Shown here: positions 18,631 through 29,079 of the stretch, one piece after another
Layout: the number at the start of each line of letters is the position of its first letter
Numbering within the stretch: the stretch's first letter is position 1
Source of the DNA: a bacterium
GTDB lineage: Bacteria; UBA8248; JACPRG01; G963555815
Length of the DNA: 64,000 bases
Assembly: GCA_965218795.1 (NCBI GenBank)
Contig: OZ244653.1
Coordinates: 640,001 to 704,000, forward strand
Reading direction: 5' to 3'
The notes under the pieces: model-generated
What the model saw: the letters and a program-made list of their open reading frames with translations, nothing else
What the model was told of the DNA's origin: nothing
Database searches by the model: none
Program-made: the position numbers and the translations under genes

Positions 18631-19533
18631 ATGAAGGTGCTGGTCACAGGGTCGACGGGACTCGTCGGTTCGACGCTGATTCCATTTCTGGCGACAGAAG
18701 GTCATACGATGACGCGGCTGGTCCGGTCCCGGCCTTCCAGCCCGAATCAGGAAGCAGGCTGGGATCCGGAGAGAGGAGATCTGGATCCCGCCGGACTGGA
18801 GGGACACGATGCCGTTGTTCATCTGGCCGGAGAGAACATCGCGGCTGGGCGGTGGACCCCGGAACGAAAAGAGAAAATTCGTGCGAGCCGGGTCAACGGA
18901 ACACGTCTTCTCTGCGAGGCCCTTGCCGGACTCGACGATCCCCCGAAAGTTTTGGTCTCGGCATCCGCTATCGGATACTACGGTGAGCGAGGCAATGAGG
19001 CGGTGACCGAGGAGAGTACAGCGGGGTCGGGCTTTCTACCGGAAGTCTGTAAAGCATGGGAAGAGGCTGCGCAACCCGCGGCCAATGCTGGGATTCGGGT
19101 GGTCCACGTCAGAATCGGAATCGTCATGAGTCCGGCAGGCGGTGCGCTTGCAAAGATGTTAACTCCATTCAGGATGGGGTTAGGCGGAAAGATTGGAAGC
19201 GGAAAGCAGTATATGAGCTGGATTTCAATCGATGACCTGATTGGTGTCATACATCACGCGATCACATCGGGAGCTCTGATAGGGCCGGTCAACGCAGTAG
19301 CCCCCACACCGGTCAGAAACTCGGAATTCACCCGGATCCTCGGTCGGGTTCTGGGCCGCCCGGCTTTGATCCCGCTCCCGGCATTTGCGGCCAAGATGAT
19401 GTTGGGTGAAATGGCGGACGAGTTGCTTCTGGCCAGCACCCGTGTGGAACCCGGACGGCTGAAAAGCACGGGGTACACATTTCATCATTCCCGCTTGGAA
19501 GAGGCGTTGCGGCATGTCTTGGGTAAGATTTGA
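18631..19533 (+). CDS. TIGR01777 family NAD-dependent epimerase/oxidoreductase
   Basis: Motifs VTGSTGLVG, HLAGENIA..RWT, SASAIGYYG and GSGKQYMSWI; AGGAG RBS. Confidence 0.92.
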   Translation: MKVLVTGSTGLVGSTLIPFLATEGHTMTRLVRSRPSSPNQEAGWDPERGDLDPAGLEGHDAVVHLAGENIAAGRWTPERKEKIRASRVNGTRLLCEALAGLDDPPKVLVSASAIGYYGERGNEAVTEESTAGSGFLPEVCKAWEEAAQPAANAGIRVVHVRIGIVMSPAGGALAKMLTPFRMGLGGKIGSGKQYMSWISIDDLIGVIHHAITSGALIGPVNAVAPTPVRNSEFTRILGRVLGRPALIPLPAFAAKMMLGEMADELLLASTRVEPGRLKSTGYTFHHSRLEEALRHVLGKI

Positions 19534-19582
19534 TAGGTTTTTCCAACCAACTCATTTCAATATGTGATGATAGGGTGATGCA

Positions 19583-20053
19583 TTGAATGCCTCGACTCGA
19601 TTGATCATCGGTGTCATAGGAGCCAACCAGCCCTCAAATGAAACCTACAGGCTCGCCCAGGAGGTTGGACGCAAGATTGCGGAGCGGGGGGGGACGGTGG
19701 TTTGCGGCGGCCTTGGCGGCGTTATGGAGGCTGCCTGCAAAGGCGCCAAGGAGGCCGGTGGGTTGACCATCGGCATTCTGCCCGGCGAGGAGGCGAAGAC
19801 CGCGAATCCGTATGTGGATATCCCAATCGTTACAGGGATTGGATATGCGCGAAACATCATTCTCGTTCGCACCGCGGAGTCAATCATCGCGATGGATGGG
19901 AGTTACGGGACCCTCTCGGAAATCGCGCACGCGCTTCAGATGGGAAAGCCGGTAATTGGCGTTCGATCTCGAATTGCACCCGCAGATGTGCCGCAGGTGG
20001 GCGATCCGGAGGAGGCTGTCGAACGGGCGTTCGCCGTCTGTGCCGGCCGTTGA
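19583..20053 (+). CDS. TIGR00725 family (LOG-like) protein
   Basis: Motifs CGGLGGVMEAACKGA, GILPG, ARNII and GSYGTLSEIA. Confidence 0.9.
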   Translation: MNASTRLIIGVIGANQPSNETYRLAQEVGRKIAERGGTVVCGGLGGVMEAACKGAKEAGGLTIGILPGEEAKTANPYVDIPIVTGIGYARNIILVRTAESIIAMDGSYGTLSEIAHALQMGKPVIGVRSRIAPADVPQVGDPEEAVERAFAVCAGR

Positions 20054-20083
20054 GCCGAACGGGTCCAAAAAGGCGGTGAAAGG

Positions 20084-20917
20084 ATGCGGGCAAGATCGTC
20101 GATGAAGACAGTCGTTCGATCGCCCTGGGTCGGTTGTGCCCTCCTGTTGCTCCTGGGGGGATGCTCGGTTGCCGGCGTTTTCCGAAAGCCGGGCGCCTAT
20201 CACACGATTCAGCCTGGAGAGACCCTGTATCGGATTGCCCGAACCTACCGGGTGGACCTCGATGAACTGGTCAAGGTCAACCACATCGCGGATTCCCGCC
20301 GTATCGATGTGGGGACGCGGCTATTTATCCCCCGCGCCGTCCGGGTCTTGAAGGTGCCGCCTCGGAGGAAGCCGCCTCGGAGAGAGCGGACCGATCAGGT
20401 GTCGAGGAAGACACCCACGTGGCCGGGACGGCGCAATGTCGAGCGGGAGTCCTCCAGGCGATCGTCTTCCGGATCGAGAGTGCCGTCGACCGCTCTCCGG
20501 ACGGCGAAGCCGCCGAAGCAGGTGGCCAGAGTCACGTTGCCGGCCGAGGTGGATTTTATCTGGCCCGTAAAGGGAAAGATCAGCTCCTTTTACGGAAAAA
20601 GAGGGAAACGAAGGTATCAGGGGATCGATATCGTCGCCGCGACCGGTACGCCCGTGCGTGCGGCTGAAGACGGTTACGTCATTTTCAGCGGCAAGGGGCC
20701 GGGTGGGTACGGTCTTATGGTTATCCTTCGACACCCGAAGGGGTTCCATTCGATTTACGCCCACAATTCGAAAAACATCGTGAAAAAGGGGAGCAAAGTC
20801 AGGCAGGGAGAGGTGATTGCGCTGGTCGGCGAGACTGGTAGAATCGACGGGCCTCACCTTCATTTCGAGATTCGAAATCGGACCAAGCCGAAGGATCCGC
20901 TGTTCTATTTGCCCTGA
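20084..20917 (+). CDS. LysM and M23 peptidase-domain lipoprotein (NlpD-like)
   Basis: Lipobox LGGC; LysM motif HTIQPGETLYRIA; M23 motifs WPVKG, GIDI, YAHNS and GPHLHFEIR. Confidence 0.9.
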   Translation: MRARSSMKTVVRSPWVGCALLLLLGGCSVAGVFRKPGAYHTIQPGETLYRIARTYRVDLDELVKVNHIADSRRIDVGTRLFIPRAVRVLKVPPRRKPPRRERTDQVSRKTPTWPGRRNVERESSRRSSSGSRVPSTALRTAKPPKQVARVTLPAEVDFIWPVKGKISSFYGKRGKRRYQGIDIVAATGTPVRAAEDGYVIFSGKGPGGYGLMVILRHPKGFHSIYAHNSKNIVKKGSKVRQGEVIALVGETGRIDGPHLHFEIRNRTKPKDPLFYLP

Positions 20918-20953
20918 GGATTTGGTTGTTCGCACCCGGATGGAGGAAATGGA

Positions 20954-21478
20954 ATGCTCAGTGTCGACGATTTGAAGGTGATGATTCGGGATATCCCGGA
21001 TTTTCCAAAGAAGGGCGTCATCTTCAAAGACATCACAACGCTGCTGTCGAACGCGAAGGCCTTCACTACTTCAATCGATCTGATTGGCGATCGATACATT
21101 GACAAGGGGGTGGACCTGGTGGTCGGCGCCGAGGCCCGCGGATTCGTATTTGGCGCGGCCCTGGCATACAAGTTAAACGCCGGGGTCATCATGATCCGAA
21201 AAACCGGTAAGCTCCCCTACAGGACGGTCAAGACACTCTACGAACTCGAATACGGGACCGACGAACTCGAGATCCATGAAGACGCCATCTCCGAAGGAAA
21301 TCGCGTTTTGATTGTAGATGACTTGCTGGCGACAGGTGGTACGGCTTCGGCCTCGGCGGAACTGGTACAAAAACTGAAGGGGGAAGTCGTGGGGTTTGCT
21401 TTTCTGGTTGAGCTTTCTTTCCTGAAAGGAAGGGACCGCCTCAAGGAGCACGAAGTCTTCTCCTTGATTCAATTCTAA
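20954..21478 (+). CDS. apt: Adenine phosphoribosyltransferase
   Basis: Motifs IPDFPKKGVIFKDIT, EARGF, YELEYG and IVDDLLATGGT. Confidence 0.97.
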   Translation: MLSVDDLKVMIRDIPDFPKKGVIFKDITTLLSNAKAFTTSIDLIGDRYIDKGVDLVVGAEARGFVFGAALAYKLNAGVIMIRKTGKLPYRTVKTLYELEYGTDELEIHEDAISEGNRVLIVDDLLATGGTASASAELVQKLKGEVVGFAFLVELSFLKGRDRLKEHEVFSLIQF

Positions 21479-22153
21479 GCCGGGGGACCGCTTTATCTTC
21501 CTGGAACCCCGGCCCTGGCGGAGACGGTCAAAGCCTCTGAATCAAGGGCTTCCGCTATCTTTGCAGTGTGCGCCGGCGACCCTCTGACCGTCATCTTCGT
21601 TGGTCAGGGGCTCATCACAGACCTCGCATATGGGCTGCATCGGTGAGAAGCCTCTGAGTTTCATGAATTCTTACCCTCCGAGATAGTCCAACCAATCGAT
21701 GACTTCTTGAGTGATCCAAGGTCCGGAGACCTCCAGGTCTTCCATTTTTTCCTTCAGGTTTCGGGTTTCCCAGAGTGAAATATTCGTTTTCGAGCCGAAT
21801 CGCCCGAGGAAATTCGAGCTGAACATCGAAATCGGAAGGGGAAAGATGGCAAATCCGGTGCCAGTACGAGCCGCTATGGCGGCGCATCGCAGACAGGTGT
21901 GGGGAAGAACATGTGAATAGGGAATGATTGAACTCAAAGAAGGAGAAGTGCCCCCGGCCGGCGGGGTCGACCGGCCGGAAGTGGGAGGATATGAGCTTTG
22001 GTTGTGTTCTGGAGTCGCCACCAATGCACCAATGATCGTATCGGAAGAATCTTGAGAGATTTAAGAGCGGGAAAGGAATTTTTGATTTTACTCGTCATGC
22101 AAAGACCGGCTGTCAAAGCACAAGGGTTCGTCCGAATGCCCATTTTACAGTCT

Positions 22154-22182
22154 TTGACATGGATTCCGAGGTTCCCTAAAAT
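22154..22182 (+). promoter_or_regulatory. Putative sigma70-type promoter
   Basis: TTGACA-N17-TAAAAT upstream of the ABM gene. Confidence 0.5.
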
Positions 22183-22324
22183 CAAGCATCGGATTGAGTT
22201 CCATCAGTCTGTTTCTCCGAATTCATCCCAACTTTGAATTTGACGGAACCAGGTCGTCGTTAGTTGCCGCGTACAGCCATTCAAAGCTGGCCCGGCCCGA
22301 ATGGAAGGAGAAATTGGACTTCGA

Positions 22325-22630
22325 ATGATTGTGGTTGCAAACCGGCTTCAAGTTGCCACGGGCTTTGAGGAGGAGTTTGAGAAGCGGTTTCAGGACCGTG
22401 TGGGCATGGTGGAAGACGCCCCCGGCTTTATCCGCAACGAGGTGCTCCGCCCGCTGAAGTCGGATTGCTACGTCGTCAAGACATACTGGTCGGACAGGGC
22501 TTCCTTTGAAGCGTGGACCCAAAGCGATTCTTTCAAAAGGGCGCATGCCGCATATCCTCCGAAGGAGATTTTCTCTGGGCCCAACACTCTTGAGATTCAT
22601 GAAGTGATTCAAACAACGGGCCTGCAATGA
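22325..22630 (+). CDS. Antibiotic biosynthesis monooxygenase (IsdG/HmoA-like)
   Basis: Motifs MIVVANR, EFEKRF, PGF and T.W.DRASFEAWTQSDSFKRAH. Confidence 0.85.
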   Translation: MIVVANRLQVATGFEEEFEKRFQDRVGMVEDAPGFIRNEVLRPLKSDCYVVKTYWSDRASFEAWTQSDSFKRAHAAYPPKEIFSGPNTLEIHEVIQTTGLQ

Positions 22631-23076
22631 TCGCCAAACGAACAACATCCCAAAAAGGTCGCAACGTTCACGACTATATGAGTGAAAATGTCGTTTCCAT
22701 TCCGTTGGGAGAGACCATCAAACTGGCCGAAGACATCATGTCGCTTGGGCACATCCGGCATTTGCCGGTGGTCGAAGCCGGGCTGCTCGTCGGGGTGGTC
22801 AGTCAGCGGGACTTGCTCAGATCATCGCTGACGAGCCTACTCGAACACTCCGAATCCGATCGCGAACTCTTCCTCGAGTCGATTCGGGTCTTGGAGATCA
22901 TGACCCCGCTCGTGCGAACCATCACGCCGGAGGCGCCTATTTCGGACGCGGCCCGGTTGATGCTCGAACACAAGATCGGGTGCCTGCCCGTTGTCTCCGA
23001 AGAGCGGGATCGCGAAATCGTAGGTCTCATCACCGAAGCTGATATCCTCAGGGCGTTTCTTGACAAGGTGGAGTGA
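22627..23076 (+). CDS. CBS-domain pair protein
   Basis: Motifs IRHLPVV..GLLVGVVSQRD and KIGCLPVV..VGLITEAD. Confidence 0.9.
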   Translation: MIAKRTTSQKGRNVHDYMSENVVSIPLGETIKLAEDIMSLGHIRHLPVVEAGLLVGVVSQRDLLRSSLTSLLEHSESDRELFLESIRVLEIMTPLVRTITPEAPISDAARLMLEHKIGCLPVVSEERDREIVGLITEADILRAFLDKVE

Positions 23077-23156
23077 CGGCATCGTTTTTTGGAAATCCCC
23101 CCGATCGATAAATCCCGTTTTCTTCCATTTGGCCAACTTCCCAGCAGGATTTCCTG

Positions 23157-23627
23157 ATGAGCAGACAGCTGGAAAATCGGATTCCGGACGATTTTCGCAG
23201 AAAATTGTGTGCCGAAGACTTGACCGGCCTGGAAGGTCGGGCGCTTCTGCTTCTGACGATAGACGAGGCGGGGTTCCCGCATTCCGCCATGTTGTCCTAT
23301 CGGGAGATGGCGGCTCCGGACCCAGGGCGGATTCGATTTGCCATATGGAAAGGGACGACAACGAGCCGGAACATCCGTCGCGAGCCACGCGTGTCGCTGA
23401 TCGCCGTGGATGAAGAAATGAGCTACTATCTCAAGGGGCGGACCCGTATCTTCTTGAAGGATTCAGAAACCTTCGCCGGGTGCTCCGTCTATGAATTTAC
23501 AGTGGAGACGGTTCTGGAAGATAGGGAGCCTCAGCTCCCGATCACAGGGGGTATCGAGTATCGGAACCCCCAGGGTGCCGAGCCGGTGGAAACCAGAAAA
23601 GAGCGCCTGACGGAGCTGATGGGTTGA
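23157..23627 (+). CDS. Pyridoxamine 5'-phosphate oxidase-like (split-barrel flavin-binding) protein
   Basis: Motifs [11 protein letters not shown] and [14 protein letters not shown]. Confidence 0.7.
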   Translation: MSRQLENRIPDDFRRKLCAEDLTGLEGRALLLLTIDEAGFPHSAMLSYREMAAPDPGRIRFAIWKGTTTSRNIRREPRVSLIAVDEEMSYYLKGRTRIFLKDSETFAGCSVYEFTVETVLEDREPQLPITGGIEYRNPQGAEPVETRKERLTELMG

Positions 23628-23670
23628 AATCAGAGTGCAAACCGTTTCAATTCTTGCAGGGGGACAAACG

Positions 23671-23832
23671 ATGAAATATCAGTGTGGCGTTTGTGGATAC
23701 ATTTATGACGCGGCGGAAGGAGACCCGGACGGGGGTATCGCAGCGGGGACGCCGTTTGAAGACATTCCCGACGATTGGGTTTGTCCGGTCTGCGGCGCAA
23801 CGAAAGCCGATTTCTCACCCTCGGATGGATAA
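23671..23832 (+). CDS. Rubredoxin
   Basis: [13 protein letters not shown]...[23 protein letters not shown]. Confidence 0.97.
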   Translation: MKYQCGVCGYIYDAAEGDPDGGIAAGTPFEDIPDDWVCPVCGATKADFSPSDG

Positions 23833-23904
23833 CGCCGGGGATTTCCCCCGCGGAACCTTCCGCTGTTTTTAAAGTGAACCTAAAGGATTGCAGTTGGAGA
23901 CGAC

Positions 23905-24861
23905 ATGAGCGAGTCATACCTTGCGCTGAGGGAGCGGCTGGAATCCCGTAACCGGGGATTGAGAGACAAGGTCATGAGCCTGTCCGAGGCCGTCGGTCTG
24001 GTGAAAAACGGCGATCAGGTGGCTCTGGGCGGCAATACCTTTTCCAGAACCCCGTTTGCCCTGGTATGGGAGACGGTCCGTCAGAAAAGGAAGGATCTGC
24101 AAATCGTGAGGAATATTACTTCCTCCGAGGGCGATATGCTTCTTGCGGGCGGATGTACCAATCATTACATGACCAGCTGGTTCAGCCAGGGGATCATTTG
24201 GGGCGTCTCGCGGGTCATGAGGCATTTCACCGAGTCGGGGGCGGTCCGTTACGACGAATGGAGCCACATGAGCATCGGCATGATGTTCCGGGCTGGCGCG
24301 CTCGGTCTCCCCTTCATGCCCACTCGCGTCATGATGGGCTCGGACATGGCCCGGTTACTGGAGAATGAAATCAAGGAGATGGCCTGCCCGTTTACGGGAG
24401 ACAAGCTGGCGTTGCTTCCCGCTCTGAATCCCGATGTGGCGTTCATCCACGTCCAAAGGGCGGACCCTTACGGCAACGCCCAGTACGACGGACTGCCGTT
24501 CATGGATGCCGACGTCGCCATGGCGGCCGATAAGGTCATCCTCACGACCGAGCAGATCATCAGCAATGATCAAATCCGCCGTGCCCCCGACCAGACCAAG
24601 ATTCCATTTTTCTGCGTAGAGGCCGTTGTCGAGGTGCCGTACGGAAGCGTGCCCCACGAATGTTCCGGGATGTATGAGCCGTTTTACGGGCACATGGATC
24701 AATACGCCAAATTGACCCGCGAGAAAGGGATTGACGGGGCCATGGAATACCTGGGGAAGTACGTCCATGCGCCTGACTCCTGGGACGATTATCTCAACCT
24801 GATTGGCGTCCATGGCCTGATGAAGGCCACCAAGGCTGGAAGGAGGATGTACAGTGACTGA
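23905..24861 (+). CDS. Family I CoA-transferase subunit A (glutaconate CoA-transferase-like)
   Basis: Motifs KVMSLSEAV, RAGALGLPFMP, PDVAFIHVQRADPYGN and VVEVPYGSVP. Confidence 0.88.
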   Translation: MSESYLALRERLESRNRGLRDKVMSLSEAVGLVKNGDQVALGGNTFSRTPFALVWETVRQKRKDLQIVRNITSSEGDMLLAGGCTNHYMTSWFSQGIIWGVSRVMRHFTESGAVRYDEWSHMSIGMMFRAGALGLPFMPTRVMMGSDMARLLENEIKEMACPFTGDKLALLPALNPDVAFIHVQRADPYGNAQYDGLPFMDADVAMAADKVILTTEQIISNDQIRRAPDQTKIPFFCVEAVVEVPYGSVPHECSGMYEPFYGHMDQYAKLTREKGIDGAMEYLGKYVHAPDSWDDYLNLIGVHGLMKATKAGRRMYSD

Positions 24862-25630
24862 ACCGGCGACGGGAACCGATTACTCGACGGCCGAACTTCT
24901 CTCCGTGATGAGTTCCCGGATTCTGGAAGACGGGAAAGTGCTCTTCGCGGGAGTCGGCATCCCTTTGTTGGCCGCCACGGTGGCCCAGAGCATGCACGCC
25001 CCTCACCTGACCATCCTGTTCGAAGGCGGAGTGATCGGTCCCTTTATTGAACCCGGCAAGCTTCCTCCATCGACCAATGAGGCGCGGACCGCCCGGAGGG
25101 CGAACATGGTCCCGTCCCCGACCGACGTGCTCGCCCTTCTTCAGCGCGGATACGTGGACTATGGCTTTATGGGGGGCGCACAGGTCGATCAGTACGGAAA
25201 CCTGAACAGCTCGTTTATCGGTGACCCGGCCAAGCCGAAAGTCCGCCTCCCCGGCAGCGGAGGAGGGAACGATATCGCCAGTCTGGCCAAGATGATTGTC
25301 GCCATGCCCCATGAGAAGAAGCGTTTTGTCGAGAAGGTGGATTTCGTGACCAGCCCGGGATATCTGGACGGAGGGACCACCCGATACGATTCCGGCCTCA
25401 TTACCGGAAGCATGCACAAGGTCATCACGAACCTGTGCATCATGGATTTCGATGAAGAAAGCAAGAGAATGCGTTTGGAGGCCCTTCATCCCGGAGTCAA
25501 GGTCGAGGACGTGTTGGAGAATACCGGGTTCGAACCTGTGATCCCGAAGAAGATTGAAACGACGGAACCTCCGACCGAGGAAGAATTGAACATTCTGAAC
25601 GAGCTGGATCCGGAACGAATGTATCTATAG
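24854..25630 (+). CDS. Family I CoA-transferase subunit B
   Basis: Motifs FAGVGIP, LFEGG (catalytic Glu position), GGAQVDQYGNLNS, RLPGSGGGND and VDFVTSPG. Confidence 0.9.
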   Translation: MTEPATGTDYSTAELLSVMSSRILEDGKVLFAGVGIPLLAATVAQSMHAPHLTILFEGGVIGPFIEPGKLPPSTNEARTARRANMVPSPTDVLALLQRGYVDYGFMGGAQVDQYGNLNSSFIGDPAKPKVRLPGSGGGNDIASLAKMIVAMPHEKKRFVEKVDFVTSPGYLDGGTTRYDSGLITGSMHKVITNLCIMDFDEESKRMRLEALHPGVKVEDVLENTGFEPVIPKKIETTEPPTEEELNILNELDPERMYL

Positions 25631-25700
25631 TAAAACATAAATGATATCTATTTAATTAATTGTTTTATTGGAGATTTATGATTATCCTCACCTTGGACCT

Positions 25701-26450
25701 GTGAGTCAGGGCGCGCAGCCATTGAGCACCGATGATATCCGGCAGTTTTTGGCCGCTATCAGAGACGGCGGGCGGACGATGTTGAGCGAGTCGGAGGCGC
25801 TCAACGTACTGCAGCTCGCCGGCGTTCCCGTGGTGCGAATGGAGTCCGTCCCCGAACCGGATGGTGTAGCCCTAGCGGCGGATCGGGTCGGCTTCCCTGT
25901 CGTTCTGAAGATCTGCTCCCCCGATATACCCCACAAATCGGATGCAGGGGGTGTGGCCCCGGGCCTGAATACGGCCGAAGAGGTCGGTCGCGCCGCAAAG
26001 GAGATGCACGACCGTGTCCGAACGACGCATCCTGAAGCCAGGTTTCTGGGATTTGTTGTGCAGGCCATGGCGCAGGGGGTCGAGACCCTTGTGTCTGCCA
26101 CCATGGATCCCGTCTTCGGCCCCGTCTTGGCCTTCGGGTTGGGAGGAGTCTGGGTGGAAGTCCTCGAAGACGTCGCCTTTCGCTTGGTTCCTGTCGGTCC
26201 AGAGGATGTGGACGAGATGATGGCCGAGGTCAAAGGAAGAAAATTGCTGGAAGGCTATCGGGGAACTCCGGCGGTCCGCAAAGACGCCCTGAAAGATGTG
26301 CTTCTCTCGCTTTCCAATTTGCTCGGCAATCTCTCCGACGAAATCGCCGAAGTCGAAATCAATCCTTTGATGGCCGGCCCTGATGGAGTCGTCGCAGTCG
26401 ACGGATTGGTTCGTCTGCACGAGAACGAGTCAGAGAGGAGGCAGCCATGA
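25701..26450 (+). CDS. ADP-forming acyl-CoA synthetase beta (ATP-grasp) subunit
   Basis: Motifs GFPVVLKICSPDIPHKSDAGGV, DPVFGP, FGLGG.WVE and EINPL. The start is uncertain (25668-25719). Confidence 0.88.
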   Translation: MSQGAQPLSTDDIRQFLAAIRDGGRTMLSESEALNVLQLAGVPVVRMESVPEPDGVALAADRVGFPVVLKICSPDIPHKSDAGGVAPGLNTAEEVGRAAKEMHDRVRTTHPEARFLGFVVQAMAQGVETLVSATMDPVFGPVLAFGLGGVWVEVLEDVAFRLVPVGPEDVDEMMAEVKGRKLLEGYRGTPAVRKDALKDVLLSLSNLLGNLSDEIAEVEINPLMAGPDGVVAVDGLVRLHENESERRQP

Positions 26451-27880
26451 GCGGATTTCGTCCCATGATCGAGCCCCGTTCAGTCGCCGTCATCGGCGCT
26501 TCGGCCGATCCCAAAAAGTCGGGAAATTTCCTGCTCACGAACATTTTGGATTGCGGGTATGAAGGGGAGGTGTACCCCATTAATCCGAAGGGGGGCGAAA
26601 TCCTGGGGCGCAAGGCGTATCCGAGCGTCCTGGACGTTCCGGGAGAGATCGATCTGGTCCTCTTTCTCCTCCCCCGTGAACACGTCGCCGGGATCCTGGA
26701 GGAATGTGGAAGGAAGGGGGTCAAAACGGCGGTCATTATCACGGCCGGTTTCGGAGAGGTTCCAGGCGATGGGTTGCGTTTTGATAAAGGATTGCGGGAA
26801 GCGATTCGCAAAAGCGGCGTCCGGTGCACGGGTCCGAACACCCTGGGGCTTGCCAACGCCCATCTGAATTTCATCGCCGGCTTCGTCACCGTTGCCGACT
26901 GGCTCAAAGGCGACATCTCGATCATGGCCCAAACGGGCAACTTCACAGGCTGCATGGCCAACCAGATTATGGACCAGGATTATCAGCGGTTGGGTATCGG
27001 GAAGAGCGTGGCCGTGGGGAACAAAGTCGACCTGGATGAGGTGGACTTTCTGGAGTACGGCCGGGACGATCCCGAAACCGCGGTGATCGGATTGTACCTG
27101 GAAAACTTTCTCCGGCCCCGGGAGTTCTTCTCGCTTGCCCAGGAAATCAAACGTGAGAAACCAATCGTCCTCCTGAAGCCGGGGCAAACGGATGTGGGTG
27201 AGCGAGTGTCCGCCGCCCATACCGGCGCTTTGGCCGCGGATGACCGGATTCTTGATGCGGCCTGCCGGCAGTACGGTGTCGTGCGTGCCCGGACGATTCA
27301 GGAATTTCTGGAAATGCTCAAGGGCTTTTCATTCCAGCCTTTGCCCAGAGGAAGGCGTATCGGCATGGTCTTCTATAGCGGCGGCGCGGCCGTGCTGGCG
27401 GCTGATCAGATGTCGTCGGCCGGCTTCGCTCTGCCGGACTTTGACCGACGCACGCGGCAACGTCTGGAGGCGCTGATGCCGGAATGGCAGCCCGTGAAGA
27501 ATCCCGTGGATCTATGGCCCGCGATGACGGGAGACAACCTTTGGGTGCAGGGGGAATCCATCCGCGCCGCAATGGATGACGAGAACACCGATATCGTTTT
27601 GTCGCTTCTGTTGGGTGTTCCAAATGCCGACTGTGAAGGTCTTGCGGGAGAGTTTCGCGCAGCGATGGAGGCTAATCCCCACAAACCGCTTTTCTCGATG
27701 TTCTATGGAGGACGGGTAAGCGAGAAATGGAAACGGGAACTGGAGGAGGATGGTCTCCGGAATAAGACACGGGTCCCCATCTTCCAGGATTCTTCCATGG
27801 CCATCCGGGTTCTCGAAGTGATGGCATGGTACGCGGAGCACCGGGAGAAGATTTCCCCGGACCCTCGAATTTACGGGTGA
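26447..27880 (+). CDS. ADP-forming acyl-CoA synthetase alpha (CoA-binding) subunit
   Basis: Motifs PRSVAVIGAS, YPINP, GPNTLG, GNKVD, SAAHTGALA (phospho-His) and NPVDL. Confidence 0.88.
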   Translation: MSGFRPMIEPRSVAVIGASADPKKSGNFLLTNILDCGYEGEVYPINPKGGEILGRKAYPSVLDVPGEIDLVLFLLPREHVAGILEECGRKGVKTAVIITAGFGEVPGDGLRFDKGLREAIRKSGVRCTGPNTLGLANAHLNFIAGFVTVADWLKGDISIMAQTGNFTGCMANQIMDQDYQRLGIGKSVAVGNKVDLDEVDFLEYGRDDPETAVIGLYLENFLRPREFFSLAQEIKREKPIVLLKPGQTDVGERVSAAHTGALAADDRILDAACRQYGVVRARTIQEFLEMLKGFSFQPLPRGRRIGMVFYSGGAAVLAADQMSSAGFALPDFDRRTRQRLEALMPEWQPVKNPVDLWPAMTGDNLWVQGESIRAAMDDENTDIVLSLLLGVPNADCEGLAGEFRAAMEANPHKPLFSMFYGGRVSEKWKRELEEDGLRNKTRVPIFQDSSMAIRVLEVMAWYAEHREKISPDPRIYG

Positions 27881-28214
27881 GCTGCTCCTGACACCGTTCT
27901 TCCTTTGAGACGCCCTGCAAAATCAGTCGGGCCAGACGGCGATTCCTTCGATCTCGACGAGGAAATCCGGTGATGCCAGGGCGGTAACGCAGAGAAACGT
28001 CGAGGTGGGGAAATCTTCGGCAATGAGGCATCTCATCGGCATGCGGGCCCGCGGTTGACTCAATAAAATGGAGTTGATAGGGTTGGGTTGCGCGAGGGGT
28101 TCATCCGCTTCTTTTGTGACCGATTATCGTTTTAACTTGCCGCCTTCATTCACGTTCTTCATCGTTCTGAATCCTTCAGGCGTTGGGGATAAAAAAGGGG
28201 GGTCGGTTGTAGCC

Positions 28215-29075
28215 ATGGCTCAAGAAATTGCCGGAAAAATAGAAGAGCGCGCGGGGTTTCTTCTGGAACGTCGGGCCGAAGAGGAGGCTGTCTCTCGTTG
28301 GCGCAAAATCCTGAATCCTCGGGTCATGTCCGTCCTTTCCGTTCTAGCCTTGTGGTACCTGGCGTCATGGGTGACCTTTCTTCTGACCGAGACACAAACG
28401 CTTCCTTACCCACATGTTGTCGCCCGCGTGATGATCATGTCGACCATCATGGACGATGTGATGAAGTTTCTGGAACATCTTGGATCCAGTCTCCTGCGGA
28501 TCATCATCGGATTCGGGATCTCCCTGCTGATCGGCGTTCCCATGGGGATCATCATGGGGATCCGGAGATACTGGGAATCGTTTTTCGGTGATTATGTCGT
28601 CGTCGGCCTTACGATCCCGAGTCTGGCCTGGGCCATCATCGGTGTCCTGTGGTTCGGCATCCAGCCGCTCACGCCGATCTTCGCCACCTTCATGATCACC
28701 TTCCCCTACATTACCATCAACATCTGGGAAGGGATGAAGGATGTCGACAAGGACCTCGTGGATATGGCACGCGCGTTCGGGGTCAATCGGGGTAAGATCG
28801 TCCGGCGGATCTACATCCCATCGCTGATGCCGTTTTTCTTCGCCGCAATCCGATTCGGATTTGCCGTTGCCTGGAAGATCGTCATCCTGGCGGAAGTTTT
28901 TGGAGCGGAGAACGGAATCGGCTACATGATCTCGTATTGGTATCACATGTTTAACATGCGTCAGGTTCTGGCCTGGGTGGTCGTGTTCACCATCCTGATG
29001 TTTGCTTTGGAGTATGGGGTGATCCGGCCGCTGGAGAGGAAAATCCTCGCTTGGCGTCCCGAGGCGAAGATCTGA
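28215..29075 (+). CDS. ABC transporter permease (nitrate/sulfonate/taurine type)
   Basis: Transmembrane helices; EAA-like DLVDMARAFG; AWKIVILAE..G...GIGY. Confidence 0.88.
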   Translation: MAQEIAGKIEERAGFLLERRAEEEAVSRWRKILNPRVMSVLSVLALWYLASWVTFLLTETQTLPYPHVVARVMIMSTIMDDVMKFLEHLGSSLLRIIIGFGISLLIGVPMGIIMGIRRYWESFFGDYVVVGLTIPSLAWAIIGVLWFGIQPLTPIFATFMITFPYITINIWEGMKDVDKDLVDMARAFGVNRGKIVRRIYIPSLMPFFFAAIRFGFAVAWKIVILAEVFGAENGIGYMISYWYHMFNMRQVLAWVVVFTILMFALEYGVIRPLERKILAWRPEAKI

Positions 29076-29079
29076 GATC

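Noticed and set aside
21600-22240. Short ORFs between apt and the ABM gene
   Set aside because: Several overlapping ORFs with no recognisable motif or RBS. This may be decayed sequence but cannot be assigned.
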